A stretch of 64,000 nt of DNA from contig JANRJP010000096.1 of the NCBI GenBank assembly GCA_033763905.1, positions 1-64,000 of the forward strand, written 5' to 3'. The first letter of the stretch is position 1. Each line of letters starts with the position of its first letter. Shown here piece by piece: positions 29,915 to 38,741 of this stretch. The position numbers and the translations under genes were made by a program. The DNA comes from Gemmatimonadaceae bacterium. Lineage in GTDB: Bacteria; Gemmatimonadota; Gemmatimonadetes; Gemmatimonadales; Gemmatimonadaceae. Below the pieces are notes generated by a model that made no database searches, was not told the origin of the DNA, and saw nothing but the letters and a program-made list of their open reading frames with translations.

Positions 29915-31945
29915 TCAGCTCGCAACGGGGATGAACATCCGAGCCCCGTCGGTTGGCGACTCGACGGCGAACGCCCCACGCAGTTCGCGCAGGGCCGCGA
30001 TGGCCATCAACTCCTCCAACTCGTCGGTCGTCGTCTGCGCGCGCGACTTGCCCCCGAGCGTGCGACTCGCCCGGAGGACCAGATAGGCCCCTGGCTCAAT
30101 GCCCACGTCCTCCGCGTCGGACCGCGACACCAACTCGCGTCGGATCGTGATCACGCCGTCGCCCGCGACCGCGGCCCGCAACAGCGCGTCCACACCAATG
30201 CCCAGCGCATCGGGCTCCGTATCCAGCACTTCGCCGCCACTCTGATCGTCCCAACGCACCCGCGTCACGGGCGCCGTCGCGGTGGTCAGCGCGGCCGCGC
30301 GAGCGCGAAGCAGATCCACGACCGCCACGCGACGACGTCGTTGCTGTTTGCGGCGCGACAGCGCCAGGAATCCCGAGGTCAGGCGTCGCGCCCGATGAAT
30401 GGAGGAGAAGACCCCCTCGAGATCCTCTCGCTCCGTCGACCCGGTTGCCAGGTCCTCCCGCAGGATCTCGGCGTGGCCATTGATGGCGGCGAGGATGTTG
30501 TTGAAGTCGTGCGCGAGCCCGCCAGCGAAGATGCCAATGGCTTCGGCTTCTTCCGTCTGCTGGAGCCGCGCGCGCAACTGCACCTCACGACTCTGGTCAT
30601 AGCCACTGAGGACGATCGCGCCGACCATCGGATCGTCGCGACGATCGTCGATACGCAGAAGGACCGCCGCCTCTCCTTGCTCTTGTGTCACCCGGAACAG
30701 CAACACCGGCGGCGCATTGGCTGGGCGCTCGATGGCCCGTCGCAGCGACTCGCGATCCTCCTGCAGTCCCGCCTCGAGGAAGCCCCACGGCTCGCCGCTC
30801 AGCAGTGCCTGACCCAACAAGCGTTGCGTGGCTGGCGTCGCGAGCAGCACGCGCCCCGCATCGTCGAGCAGCAGCGCGAAATCGTAGGCATCCCGCAGCA
30901 GGGCGCCGAACGACGCTTCCTCATCGCGCAACGCCGCCTGCAGGCGCTCCCGCTCTCGAATCTCGACTTGCTCGCGTGTCACGAGCAGCGTGGCCAACGT
31001 GAACGCGGCGACCACGTACGGCACGGTGGAGGACGGTCCCGGACGAACGAGTTCGACGAAGACGACGACGTTGGCCACCGCAAGGAAGACGTACGGCATC
31101 GCGCCGCCGCGATACCCAGGCAACCGCTCGAAGGCGCGGTCGTCGCGGGCCTCGAGTACCCGAACCGCGTAGCGCGCCGCGGCCGCCTTCAACACCCACA
31201 CCGCGAACCACACGACGGCAAACGCGTCGCCGGGCTCGTAGGTGAAGGCCGCACCGCGCAGGAACAGCAGCACGTCGGGAACGACCTGCAGCAGATACGC
31301 CGACAGCAGCAGCAGCGCCACGGTGCGCAGATACGTCGTGCTCGACCGCAGGTACAGCACGGCGGCCAACGTCGCCGACAACGCATCCGCAGCCGCGATG
31401 ACGTAGTCGTCGATGCCCGCCGCGCGCGTTCCCTCCGTCGCAAAGAATGGTCCAAGCCCTGCCGCCCAGAGCACGACCCCGCTCCCAACCACGACAATCG
31501 CAATGTCCAGTGCCAAGCGCCGCCGGTCGGCGGCCCCACGCGGCTCTACCGAAAAGGTGATCAGGGCCGACATCACCAACAGCGGCCCGACGCACGACAG
31601 GACGAACAACCACAGGGGGCGGTCGGCGCCGCCATTGGCGATGACCCACACTGTCCAGACGTGCCCGACGAGCATCCGCACGAGGGACCCCGCCGCGAAC
31701 AGCCGCCAGCCCCAGGCCTCGCGCGCGGACCGCGCCCGCGTCGCCGCCAGCAGTTGCCATCCGGCCGCCACCAGCGCGGTGGCGGTGAACACGCCGTAGT
31801 CGAGCGGCTGCGACCAGGTCGGCGGGAACAGGTCGAGCAACACCCAACCGACGAAGACGAGCGTCGTCAGCCCACCCGCGACATCGAGGAGCTGGCGCAA
31901 TGACTGCGGAACAGTCCGACCGTCGTCGGGCAGGGCGGCATACAT
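29915..31945 (-). CDS. Membrane-bound pseudo-histidine kinase (multi-TM sensor, PAS, HisKA, degenerate HATPase)
   Basis: Paralogous TM region to the downstream kinase and a canonical [10 protein letters not shown]. The C-terminus follows the HATPase topology but has no N, G1, F or G2 box. Confidence 0.85.
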   Translation of the reverse strand: MYAALPDDGRTVPQSLRQLLDVAGGLTTLVFVGWVLLDLFPPTWSQPLDYGVFTATALVAAGWQLLAATRARSAREAWGWRLFAAGSLVRMLVGHVWTVWVIANGGADRPLWLFVLSCVGPLLVMSALITFSVEPRGAADRRRLALDIAIVVVGSGVVLWAAGLGPFFATEGTRAAGIDDYVIAAADALSATLAAVLYLRSSTTYLRTVALLLLSAYLLQVVPDVLLFLRGAAFTYEPGDAFAVVWFAVWVLKAAAARYAVRVLEARDDRAFERLPGYRGGAMPYVFLAVANVVVFVELVRPGPSSTVPYVVAAFTLATLLVTREQVEIRERERLQAALRDEEASFGALLRDAYDFALLLDDAGRVLLATPATQRLLGQALLSGEPWGFLEAGLQEDRESLRRAIERPANAPPVLLFRVTQEQGEAAVLLRIDDRRDDPMVGAIVLSGYDQSREVQLRARLQQTEEAEAIGIFAGGLAHDFNNILAAINGHAEILREDLATGSTEREDLEGVFSSIHRARRLTSGFLALSRRKQQRRRRVAVVDLLRARAAALTTATAPVTRVRWDDQSGGEVLDTEPDALGIGVDALLRAAVAGDGVITIRRELVSRSDAEDVGIEPGAYLVLRASRTLGGKSRAQTTTDELEELMAIAALRELRGAFAVESPTDGARMFIPVAS

Positions 31946-31986
31946 CAGCGTTTAGTATCGGCGCGTGGCGACGATACCGTCGGTCG

Positions 31987-32292
31987 CTAGGGATTCGGCA
32001 TCGTCGCCGCGTGCTGATCGAGTGCGCTCGCCATCGCCTCGGCCGTTACCCGCCGGTGCGATGCGTGCCAGACGACCTGATCGCCGGCGAAGAGGAGCGC
32101 CTGTGGTGATTCGTGCCGGACGCCGGTGTCACGCTCGATGCGCTGACACTCTCCGCGCTGTTCGAAGACGTCCAGCCACTGGACCGGGCAGTCCGGATGC
32201 TGCGACTGAAATCGCTCGACCTGCTCCGCCGCCAGCGCCGACAGGCTGCACGTCGGGCTGTGCTTGTAGATGAATCGCAAGGATATCGCCAT
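31987..32292 (-). CDS. ytxJ: YtxJ/DUF2847 monothiol thioredoxin-like protein
   Basis: FIYKHSPTCSLS and GVRHESPQALL..WHASH family motifs. Confidence 0.85.
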   Translation of the reverse strand: MAISLRFIYKHSPTCSLSALAAEQVERFQSQHPDCPVQWLDVFEQRGECQRIERDTGVRHESPQALLFAGDQVVWHASHRRVTAEAMASALDQHAATMPNP

Positions 32293-32391
32293 TCAGGAAT
32301 ATTAGCGCGTCCTGGACCCGCCGCTCGGCCAGCGCTGCGCTAGTTTCTGGAGGCCTGCTCCGGGCTCGCCACCTTCCTCGACGGATTCCCA

Positions 32392-32862
32392 ATGCGCTAC
32401 GCCCTGCTCACGCTGCTCCTCGCCGGTAGTACCGCCTGCCGACCGTCCGACACACCGCCGGCGGACACCGCACTTCCCGAAACGGCCGCGCCGCAGACGG
32501 CCGCGGCCGCGACGCCGACACTGCGGATCCTCGCACCAGCCGAAGGCAGCACCGTCACCAGTCCGGTAAAGGTGCAAGTGGCGGTGGACGGGTTCGGCCT
32601 CGTCGCCGCGACCACCCCCATCGCTGAGGGCGCGGGTCACCTGCACTTCTTCATCGATACGCCGCCGGAGGCGGTGCCCGAAGGCCAGATGATTCCGCTC
32701 GACTCCGCGACCAAGTACATCCACGCGGGCAAGGAACCACTCACCGAGCGTGAACTCACGCTGTCACCCGGCGAGCACGTGATCTGGGTCGTCGCCGCCA
32801 ACTCCGGGCACTTGGCGTTGCGCACGCCGGCCCCGGTCAAGTTGACCCTGAAGGTGCAGTAA
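32392..32862 (+). CDS. DUF4399-like lipoprotein
   Basis: Lipobox GSTAC, Pro/Ala/Thr linker, P.EG.TV.SPVKV, GHLHFFID, L.LSPGEH. Confidence 0.75.
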   Translation: MRYALLTLLLAGSTACRPSDTPPADTALPETAAPQTAAAATPTLRILAPAEGSTVTSPVKVQVAVDGFGLVAATTPIAEGAGHLHFFIDTPPEAVPEGQMIPLDSATKYIHAGKEPLTERELTLSPGEHVIWVVAANSGHLALRTPAPVKLTLKVQ

Positions 32863-32881
32863 CCAGTGACGCGAGGGACGC

Positions 32882-33154
32882 TCAGCGCGAGTGGGTAAAC
32901 ATCAGGTCCACGAGCTGATCGTACACGGCCTCGGCATCCTCATCGCCCATCCGAAGGGCCGAGGCCGCGCAGTGCTTGAGATGGTTGCGCATCAATTCGC
33001 GCCCAACGGCGCGCAGTGCTTCCTGTACCGACGAAATCTGCGTGAGGATGTCGGCGCAGTAGCGCTCGTCGTCGACCATCTTCTGCAGGCCGCGGATCTG
33101 CCCCTCGATGCGTCGCAAGCGCTTGTGCGTCCGTTCCTTGATCTGCGGGTCCAT
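32882..33154 (-). CDS. csoR: CsoR copper-sensing repressor
   Basis: RLRRIEGQIRGLQKMV, YCADIL.Q, HLKHC (Cys-His-Cys ligand set); last gene of the cop operon. Confidence 0.93.
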   Translation of the reverse strand: MDPQIKERTHKRLRRIEGQIRGLQKMVDDERYCADILTQISSVQEALRAVGRELMRNHLKHCAASALRMGDEDAEAVYDQLVDLMFTHSR

Positions 33155-33178
33155 TGCCGGATGCTCAGAGGTTGCGCG

Positions 33179-35413
33179 TTATCTCAGCGCGGCGCGACGG
33201 AGCCGCAGACTGTTGCCGACGACGCTCACCGAGCTGAGCGCCATCGCGGCACTGGCCAGCACCGGGCTCAGCAGCAGGCCGAACGCCGGGTACAGTACAC
33301 CGGCCGCCACGGGGATCGTCACGACATTGTAGACGAAGGCCCAGAAGAGATTCTGCCGCATCGTGCGCATCGTGCGGCGCGACAGCGCGATCGCCTGCGC
33401 AACCTGCGCGAGATCCCCTCGCATCAGGACGACATCCGCCGCTTCCGCTGCGATGTCCGTCCCCGTGCCGATCGCCATTCCGACATCGGCTTTGGCCAAC
33501 GCGGGCGCGTCGTTGATGCCATCGCCGACCATCGCGACTACGGCGCCCTCCGCCTGTCGGCGCGAAATCTCGGCCACCTTCCCGTCGGGCAGCACGCCCG
33601 CCACCACGTGCGCAATACCAACCGACGCGGCGATGGCGTGTGCGGTCGCCGGGGTGTCCCCAGTCACCATCACCACATCCAGTCCCAAGTCGCGCAAGCC
33701 AGCCACCGCGGCGGCAGATGACGGCTTGATTGGGTCGGCAATCGCCAGCACCGCCGCCAACGCGCCATCGATCGCCACGTACACCACGGTCTTGCCCTGG
33801 GCCGCCAGGCGCGCGGCATCGGCGTCGAGTGGGCCCACCGGTACCGACCAGTCACCCAGCCACGCGGCATTGCCCACGAGCACGGCGGCGCCGTGCACCA
33901 CGCCGTGCACGCCGCGACCGGTCACGGAGGCGAACGACTCCGCCAGCGTCACCTCGATACCAGCCTCGCGTGCCGCACCGACCACCGCGTCCGCGAGGGG
34001 GTGTTCGCTGTCGGCTTCCAGCGCCGCCGCGAGTGCAAGGACGCGCTGACGGTCGAGGCCGTCGACCGTAATCACATCGGTCACGGTCGGTCGGCCTTCG
34101 GTGATCGTGCCCGTCTTGTCGAGGAGGATCGCGGTGACCGTCCCGGCGCGCTGGAGCGCCTCACCGCCCTTGATCAAGATGCCCAACTGGGCGCCGCGAC
34201 CGGTGGCGACCATCACCGCCGTCGGGACCGCTAGGCCCATCGCGCAGGGACAGGCGATGATCAGCACGGCCACCGCCACCGCAAACGCCCGCACGAGAGG
34301 GGCCGTGTCTGCCGCAACGTACCACACCCCGAACGTGAGCAACGCCAGCGCCAGCACGGTCGGTACGAACACGGCCGAGATACGATCGGCCAGCGCCTGA
34401 ATCGGCGCGCGCGACCCCTGGGCATCGCGCATCAGCCGCACGATTTGCGCGAGCACGCTGGCGCTCCCGAGGGTCGTCGCCCGGAAGCGAAACGCCCCCG
34501 TACGATTGATCGTCCCGCCAATCACGCGATCCCCTGCGCGCTTCGCCACCGGGGCGGCCTCGCCAGTGAGCATCGACTCATCCACGGCGCTCTCGCCCGA
34601 CTCCACGGTGCCATCGACCGGGATGCGCTCCCCCGGTCGCACCGTGACAAGATCACCAGCCATCACCAAGCCGACCGGCAGTTCCACCTCGGCATCGCCG
34701 CGCCGCACGCGAGCGACCGCCGGTTGCAAGTCGACCAAAGCCTTGAGCGCGGCGGTCGTTTGCCCCTTGGCACGGGCTTCTAGGGCATTGCCGGTGAGAA
34801 TCAGCGCGATGATGACGATGACCGCCTCGTAGTACACGTCGGCCGGCATCCCGTGATCGGTGAACAGCGTCGGCGCCACAGTGGCCACCACCGAGTAGAC
34901 GAAGGCCGAACCGGTGCCCAACGCCACGAGCGTGTTCATATCGGACGCGCCGTGCCGCAAGGCCGCCCACGCGCGCGTGTAGAAGTGGCGTCCCGCCCAC
35001 AGCATCACCGCCGCTGTGAGCACGAGCAACCCGACGTTGGATGCGCGCATCCACTGCATTGGCAGGGCCATCGGCAACGCCATCGCCAGCGCGCCGGCAA
35101 TCCCGCTGACGACCGCCTTCGTGCGCAGGGTGACAAACTCGGCGCGCTGTGCCGCTTCGCGAGCGGTCTGCTCGTCCAGCACATTCTCGGTCGGTGCGGG
35201 CAGCGCGGCATCGTAGCCCGCATCGGTCACCACCTGCACCAGCCGTTCGGGCGACACCGCGTCGGCGTCGTACGTCACCGTCGCGCTGTGCATCATCAGG
35301 TTGACCGTCGCATCGGTGACCCCGGGCGCCCGCTGCAGGGCGCGCTGCACGCGCGCCTGACAGGCCGCACACGTCATCCCCGTGACGGGAAACTGCAGCG
35401 TCGTCTGACTCAC
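33179..35413 (-). CDS. copA: Cu(I)-translocating P1B-type ATPase
   Basis: GMTCAAC metal-binding domain, [25 protein letters not shown] and MALSS transmembrane ligands. Confidence 0.97.
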   Translation of the reverse strand: MSQTTLQFPVTGMTCAACQARVQRALQRAPGVTDATVNLMMHSATVTYDADAVSPERLVQVVTDAGYDAALPAPTENVLDEQTAREAAQRAEFVTLRTKAVVSGIAGALAMALPMALPMQWMRASNVGLLVLTAAVMLWAGRHFYTRAWAALRHGASDMNTLVALGTGSAFVYSVVATVAPTLFTDHGMPADVYYEAVIVIIALILTGNALEARAKGQTTAALKALVDLQPAVARVRRGDAEVELPVGLVMAGDLVTVRPGERIPVDGTVESGESAVDESMLTGEAAPVAKRAGDRVIGGTINRTGAFRFRATTLGSASVLAQIVRLMRDAQGSRAPIQALADRISAVFVPTVLALALLTFGVWYVAADTAPLVRAFAVAVAVLIIACPCAMGLAVPTAVMVATGRGAQLGILIKGGEALQRAGTVTAILLDKTGTITEGRPTVTDVITVDGLDRQRVLALAAALEADSEHPLADAVVGAAREAGIEVTLAESFASVTGRGVHGVVHGAAVLVGNAAWLGDWSVPVGPLDADAARLAAQGKTVVYVAIDGALAAVLAIADPIKPSSAAAVAGLRDLGLDVVMVTGDTPATAHAIAASVGIAHVVAGVLPDGKVAEISRRQAEGAVVAMVGDGINDAPALAKADVGMAIGTGTDIAAEAADVVLMRGDLAQVAQAIALSRRTMRTMRQNLFWAFVYNVVTIPVAAGVLYPAFGLLLSPVLASAAMALSSVSVVGNSLRLRRAALR

Positions 35414-35435
35414 AACCTGCGTCCGCGTCGCCTGA

Positions 35436-35651
35436 TCAGGGCGCGACGACTTCCGTCGCGCGATAGCCCTCGGCCGTCACCGCCGCCGCGATGGCCGCCT
35501 CGGCGGTGACCGCGGGATCGAATCGTAGCTCCGCCGAACCGATCGCGACCGTATCCACCGTGACGCCGGGAATCGCTTGCAGCGCGCCAGTCACGGCGCG
35601 CACACAGTGCCCGCAGCTCATGCCTTCGATCGCCAGAGACAGCTTCTTCAT
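35436..35651 (-). CDS. copZ: Copper chaperone (HMA domain)
   Basis: 71 aa, GMSCGHC, ends in EGY; GGAG upstream. Confidence 0.92.
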   Translation of the reverse strand: MKKLSLAIEGMSCGHCVRAVTGALQAIPGVTVDTVAIGSAELRFDPAVTAEAAIAAAVTAEGYRATEVVAP

Positions 35652-35679
35652 AGACCACTCCGTGGATGCACTCGGGACA

Positions 35680-35702
35680 TATACCCCCTCCCCCTATACT
35701 AG
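35680..35702 (-). promoter_or_regulatory. Putative CsoR operator overlapping a -10 box of the copZ-copA-csoR operon
   Basis: TATA-CCCCC-T-CCCCC-TATA at 35680-35698, an AT-flanked G/C tract as in CsoR/RcnR operators. TAGTAT on the minus strand at 35697-35702. Confidence 0.7.
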
Positions 35703-35789
35703 CAGATTTCCCGCCGCCCGCCAGTCCCCCCGGGGTCGCCCAGTGCGTGAACACCGGTATGTTCTCGGTACCCCTCACCCATCTTCGAT

Positions 35790-37505
35790 ATGCGCTCTCG
35801 CCCGCTGCTGCACTCCCTTGGCGTGTTTGCCACGCTCGCGTCCGCCGGTTGCGCGACATTCACGGGGACGCGGGGCGACGGCGGCGGGACATCCTTCGAC
35901 ACCGTGATCGAGAACGGGCGTGTCGTCGATGGCACCGGCGCCGCCTGGTTCTACGGCGATGTGGCGGTACGCGGCGACCGGATCGCCGCGATCGGCCCGC
36001 GCGGCGCCTTCCGCTCGGCATCGGCGGCGTCGCGTATCGACGCGAGCGGCCACGTCGTGGCGCCGGGATTCATCGACATTCAGGCGCACTCGATCGGCCA
36101 CTATATGATGGGCGATGGCCGCGCGATCTCGATGATCACGCAGGGCATCACCACCGCGATTCACGGTGAGGGCTCGTCGCTGGGTCCGGTCAACGACAAG
36201 ATCCTCGCCGCCGAGGACGATTCGACGACGCGCCGGCTGCTCACGCCGTTCGTCGGACCGAACGGCTTCGCCAAGTGGCTGGAGTTCATGGTCGGCCGAG
36301 GCGCCTCGCAGAACGTCGGCTCCTTCCTCGGCGATGGCACCCTCCGCGTGTACGTGAAGGGCACCGAAGCCGGCCCGCTCACGGCCGCCGAGCGCGATAC
36401 GCTCGCCGCTGCGGTCCGTCGCGGAATGCAGGACGGCGCGTTCGGCGTGGCGAGTGCCCTGATCTATCCTCCGAATACCTACGCCAGCACCGAGGACCTG
36501 ATCGTCGCGGCGCGCGCGATGGCGCCGTACGGCGGCGTGTACATCACGCATATGCGCTCCGAGGGGGACAAGTTCCTGGAGGCGATGGACGAGGCGATCC
36601 GCATCGGCAAGGACGGCGGGGTGCCGGTGGAGATCTACCACCTCAAGGCCAGCGGGCCACGCAACTGGCCGAAGATGCCCACGGCCATCGCGAAGATCGA
36701 CTCGGCGCGTGCCGCAGGGCAGGACGTGCAGGCGAACATGTATCTGTACCCCGCCGGCGGAAACTCCTTCGCAAGCTGCATTCCGCCCAAGTACGCGGCC
36801 GGCGGCCGCCTGCTCGACAACCTGCGCAACCCCGCGCTGCGCGCGACGATCGTCGCTGAGATGCACGCCACCGATGCGGGCTACGAGAACCTCTGCGAGA
36901 TCGCCACACCGGCCAACGTGATGGTCGTCGGCTTCACCAAGCCCGAGCTCAAGCGCTTCGAGGGCAAGCGTCTCAGCGAAATCAGCGCGGCGCTTGGCAA
37001 GGACTGGGCCGAGGTCATCATTGACCTCAACGTGGAAGAAAAGCTCGGGCTCGGCGAGATCCTCTTCCTGATGAGCGAAGAGAATATGCGCCTGCAACTG
37101 CAACAGCCGTGGATGAAGTTCGGTACCGATGCGAGCTCGCAGGATCCGACGACGGCCAAGGGGATGACCCATCCGCGCGCCTACGGCAACTTCCCGCGCA
37201 TCTTCGCGCGCTATGTGCGCGAGCAGCGCGTGCTCACGCTCGAAGATGCCGTGCGCAAGGCGTCGAGCGCGGTCGCCACGCGCCTGTCGATCACCGATCG
37301 CGGCGTGCTCAAGGCGGGGCTCAAGGCCGACATCATCGTCTTCGATCCCGCGACGATTACCGACCACGCGACGTTCGAACAACCGCATCAGCTGTCGACG
37401 GGCGTGCGCGATGTGTTCGTGAACGGCGTCGCCGTCCTGCGCAACGCGCAGCATACCGGGGCGAAGCCAGGGGTCGTCGTCCGAGGGCCGGGCTACGGGA
37501 AGTAG
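35790..37505 (+). CDS. N-acyl-D-amino-acid deacylase family amidohydrolase, probable lipoprotein
   Basis: LASAGC, VVDGTG, APGFIDIQAHS, THMRSE, YHLK, HPRAYGNFPR, ADIIVFDP. Confidence 0.9.
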   Translation: MRSRPLLHSLGVFATLASAGCATFTGTRGDGGGTSFDTVIENGRVVDGTGAAWFYGDVAVRGDRIAAIGPRGAFRSASAASRIDASGHVVAPGFIDIQAHSIGHYMMGDGRAISMITQGITTAIHGEGSSLGPVNDKILAAEDDSTTRRLLTPFVGPNGFAKWLEFMVGRGASQNVGSFLGDGTLRVYVKGTEAGPLTAAERDTLAAAVRRGMQDGAFGVASALIYPPNTYASTEDLIVAARAMAPYGGVYITHMRSEGDKFLEAMDEAIRIGKDGGVPVEIYHLKASGPRNWPKMPTAIAKIDSARAAGQDVQANMYLYPAGGNSFASCIPPKYAAGGRLLDNLRNPALRATIVAEMHATDAGYENLCEIATPANVMVVGFTKPELKRFEGKRLSEISAALGKDWAEVIIDLNVEEKLGLGEILFLMSEENMRLQLQQPWMKFGTDASSQDPTTAKGMTHPRAYGNFPRIFARYVREQRVLTLEDAVRKASSAVATRLSITDRGVLKAGLKADIIVFDPATITDHATFEQPHQLSTGVRDVFVNGVAVLRNAQHTGAKPGVVVRGPGYGK

Positions 37506-37506
37506 C

Positions 37507-37983
37507 GTGACCACACCACGCCGTCGGGTGTTGCCCTGGCTGTTGGCCGCGTTCCTCGCGGCCGCCCTCGGCGGTGTGGGGTCGGCAAGCGCCGGCAGCT
37601 TCTACCTCAGCTTGGACCGTCCGTGGTGGGCGCCACCGGTGTGGCTCTTCGGGCCGGCCTGGACGGTGTTGTACGTCTTGATGGCCCTCGCCGCGTCGCG
37701 GGTCGATGCGGCCTTGCACGCGGATCGCGTGCAGGCGCTGGGCTGGTGGTGGGTGCAGCTCGCGGCCAACATCGCGTGGACCTGGTGCTTCTTTGTGTTC
37801 AAGAGCGGCGCGCTCGCGATGCTTGACGCTGTGCTGCTCTGGAGCGCGGTGGCGTTGACGCTTCGGTTCAGTCGCCGTGTGGACCGCGTCGCCGGTGCGA
37901 TGCTGGCCCCCTATCTCGCGTGGGTCAGCTACGCCTGTCTCCTGACGTGGAGCGTCTGGCGGCGGAACCCCGCGGTGCTCTGA
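37507..37983 (+). CDS. tspO: TspO/MBR tryptophan-rich sensory protein
   Basis: L.RPWWAPPVWLFGPAWTVLY, QLAAN.AW..FF, PYLAWVSYA. Confidence 0.92.
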   Translation: MTTPRRRVLPWLLAAFLAAALGGVGSASAGSFYLSLDRPWWAPPVWLFGPAWTVLYVLMALAASRVDAALHADRVQALGWWWVQLAANIAWTWCFFVFKSGALAMLDAVLLWSAVALTLRFSRRVDRVAGAMLAPYLAWVSYACLLTWSVWRRNPAVL

Positions 37984-38000
37984 ATCCGTTCGGTTCGACG

Positions 38001-38741
38001 ATGCTCGCCCTGCACGACGTGTCGGTGCAGTACCCAGATGGCCCGCGGGCGCTCGACCGCGTGTCGCTGCGTCTTGTCCCGGGGATCTTCGGATTGCTCG
38101 GCCCGAACGGCGCGGGCAAATCCACGCTGCTGCGCGTGTTGGCCACGCTGCAGGCGCCGTCGAGCGGCACCATCGCGTGGCAACCAGACGGGCCGTCGGG
38201 AGCAACCATCGACGTGCTGGCGACGCCGCAGCCGCTGCGAACGCAACTCGGCTACCTGCCGCAGGAGTTCGGGCTGTATCCCACGCTGTCGGTGGAGATG
38301 ACGCTCGACCACTTTTGCGCGCTCAAGGGTGCGACAGACCGCGCGGTGCGTGCGCAGTGGGTCGAGACCTTGCTCGACCGAACGAACCTGCTCGAGAAGC
38401 GCCGCGCCGCGGTCGGCGCGCTCTCCGGGGGAATGCGACAACGGCTCGGCTTGGCGATTGCGCTTGCCGGGCACCCCAAAGTGCTCCTGCTGGACGAGCC
38501 GACCGCCGGCCTCGATCCTGGCGAGCGACGGCGAATGTACGATGTGCTCGCGACGGTCGGCGCGGAGGTGATCGTGCTGCTGTCGACGCACCTCATCGAA
38601 GACGTGCGCGCGGTCTGTCCGCAGTTCGGGATCCTGCACCGCGGCGTGCTGCGGGCGCTCGGCAGCCCAGCGGAGGCCGCCGGCGCCGGGTCTCTCGAGG
38701 ACGTGTACTTCGCGCACGTGCCGCTCGACGATGCACGCTGA
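38001..38741 (+). CDS. ABC transporter ATP-binding protein
   Basis: ATG 38001; GPNGAGKS, GYLPQEFG, LSGGMRQR, LDEPTAGLDP, STH. Confidence 0.93.
   Translation: MLALHDVSVQYPDGPRALDRVSLRLVPGIFGLLGPNGAGKSTLLRVLATLQAPSSGTIAWQPDGPSGATIDVLATPQPLRTQLGYLPQEFGLYPTLSVEMTLDHFCALKGATDRAVRAQWVETLLDRTNLLEKRRAAVGALSGGMRQRLGLAIALAGHPKVLLLDEPTAGLDPGERRRMYDVLATVGAEVIVLLSTHLIEDVRAVCPQFGILHRGVLRALGSPAEAAGAGSLEDVYFAHVPLDDAR

Noticed and set aside
29915..30300. Frameshift as the explanation for the degenerate kinase C-terminus
   Set aside because: The annotated frame keeps HATPase-like secondary-structure landmarks up to the stop, and I saw no N/G boxes in the alternative minus frames shown in the ORF track.
29516..31903. 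795-aa plus-strand ORF
   Set aside because: It is antisense to the kinase pair and has no recognisable protein features.
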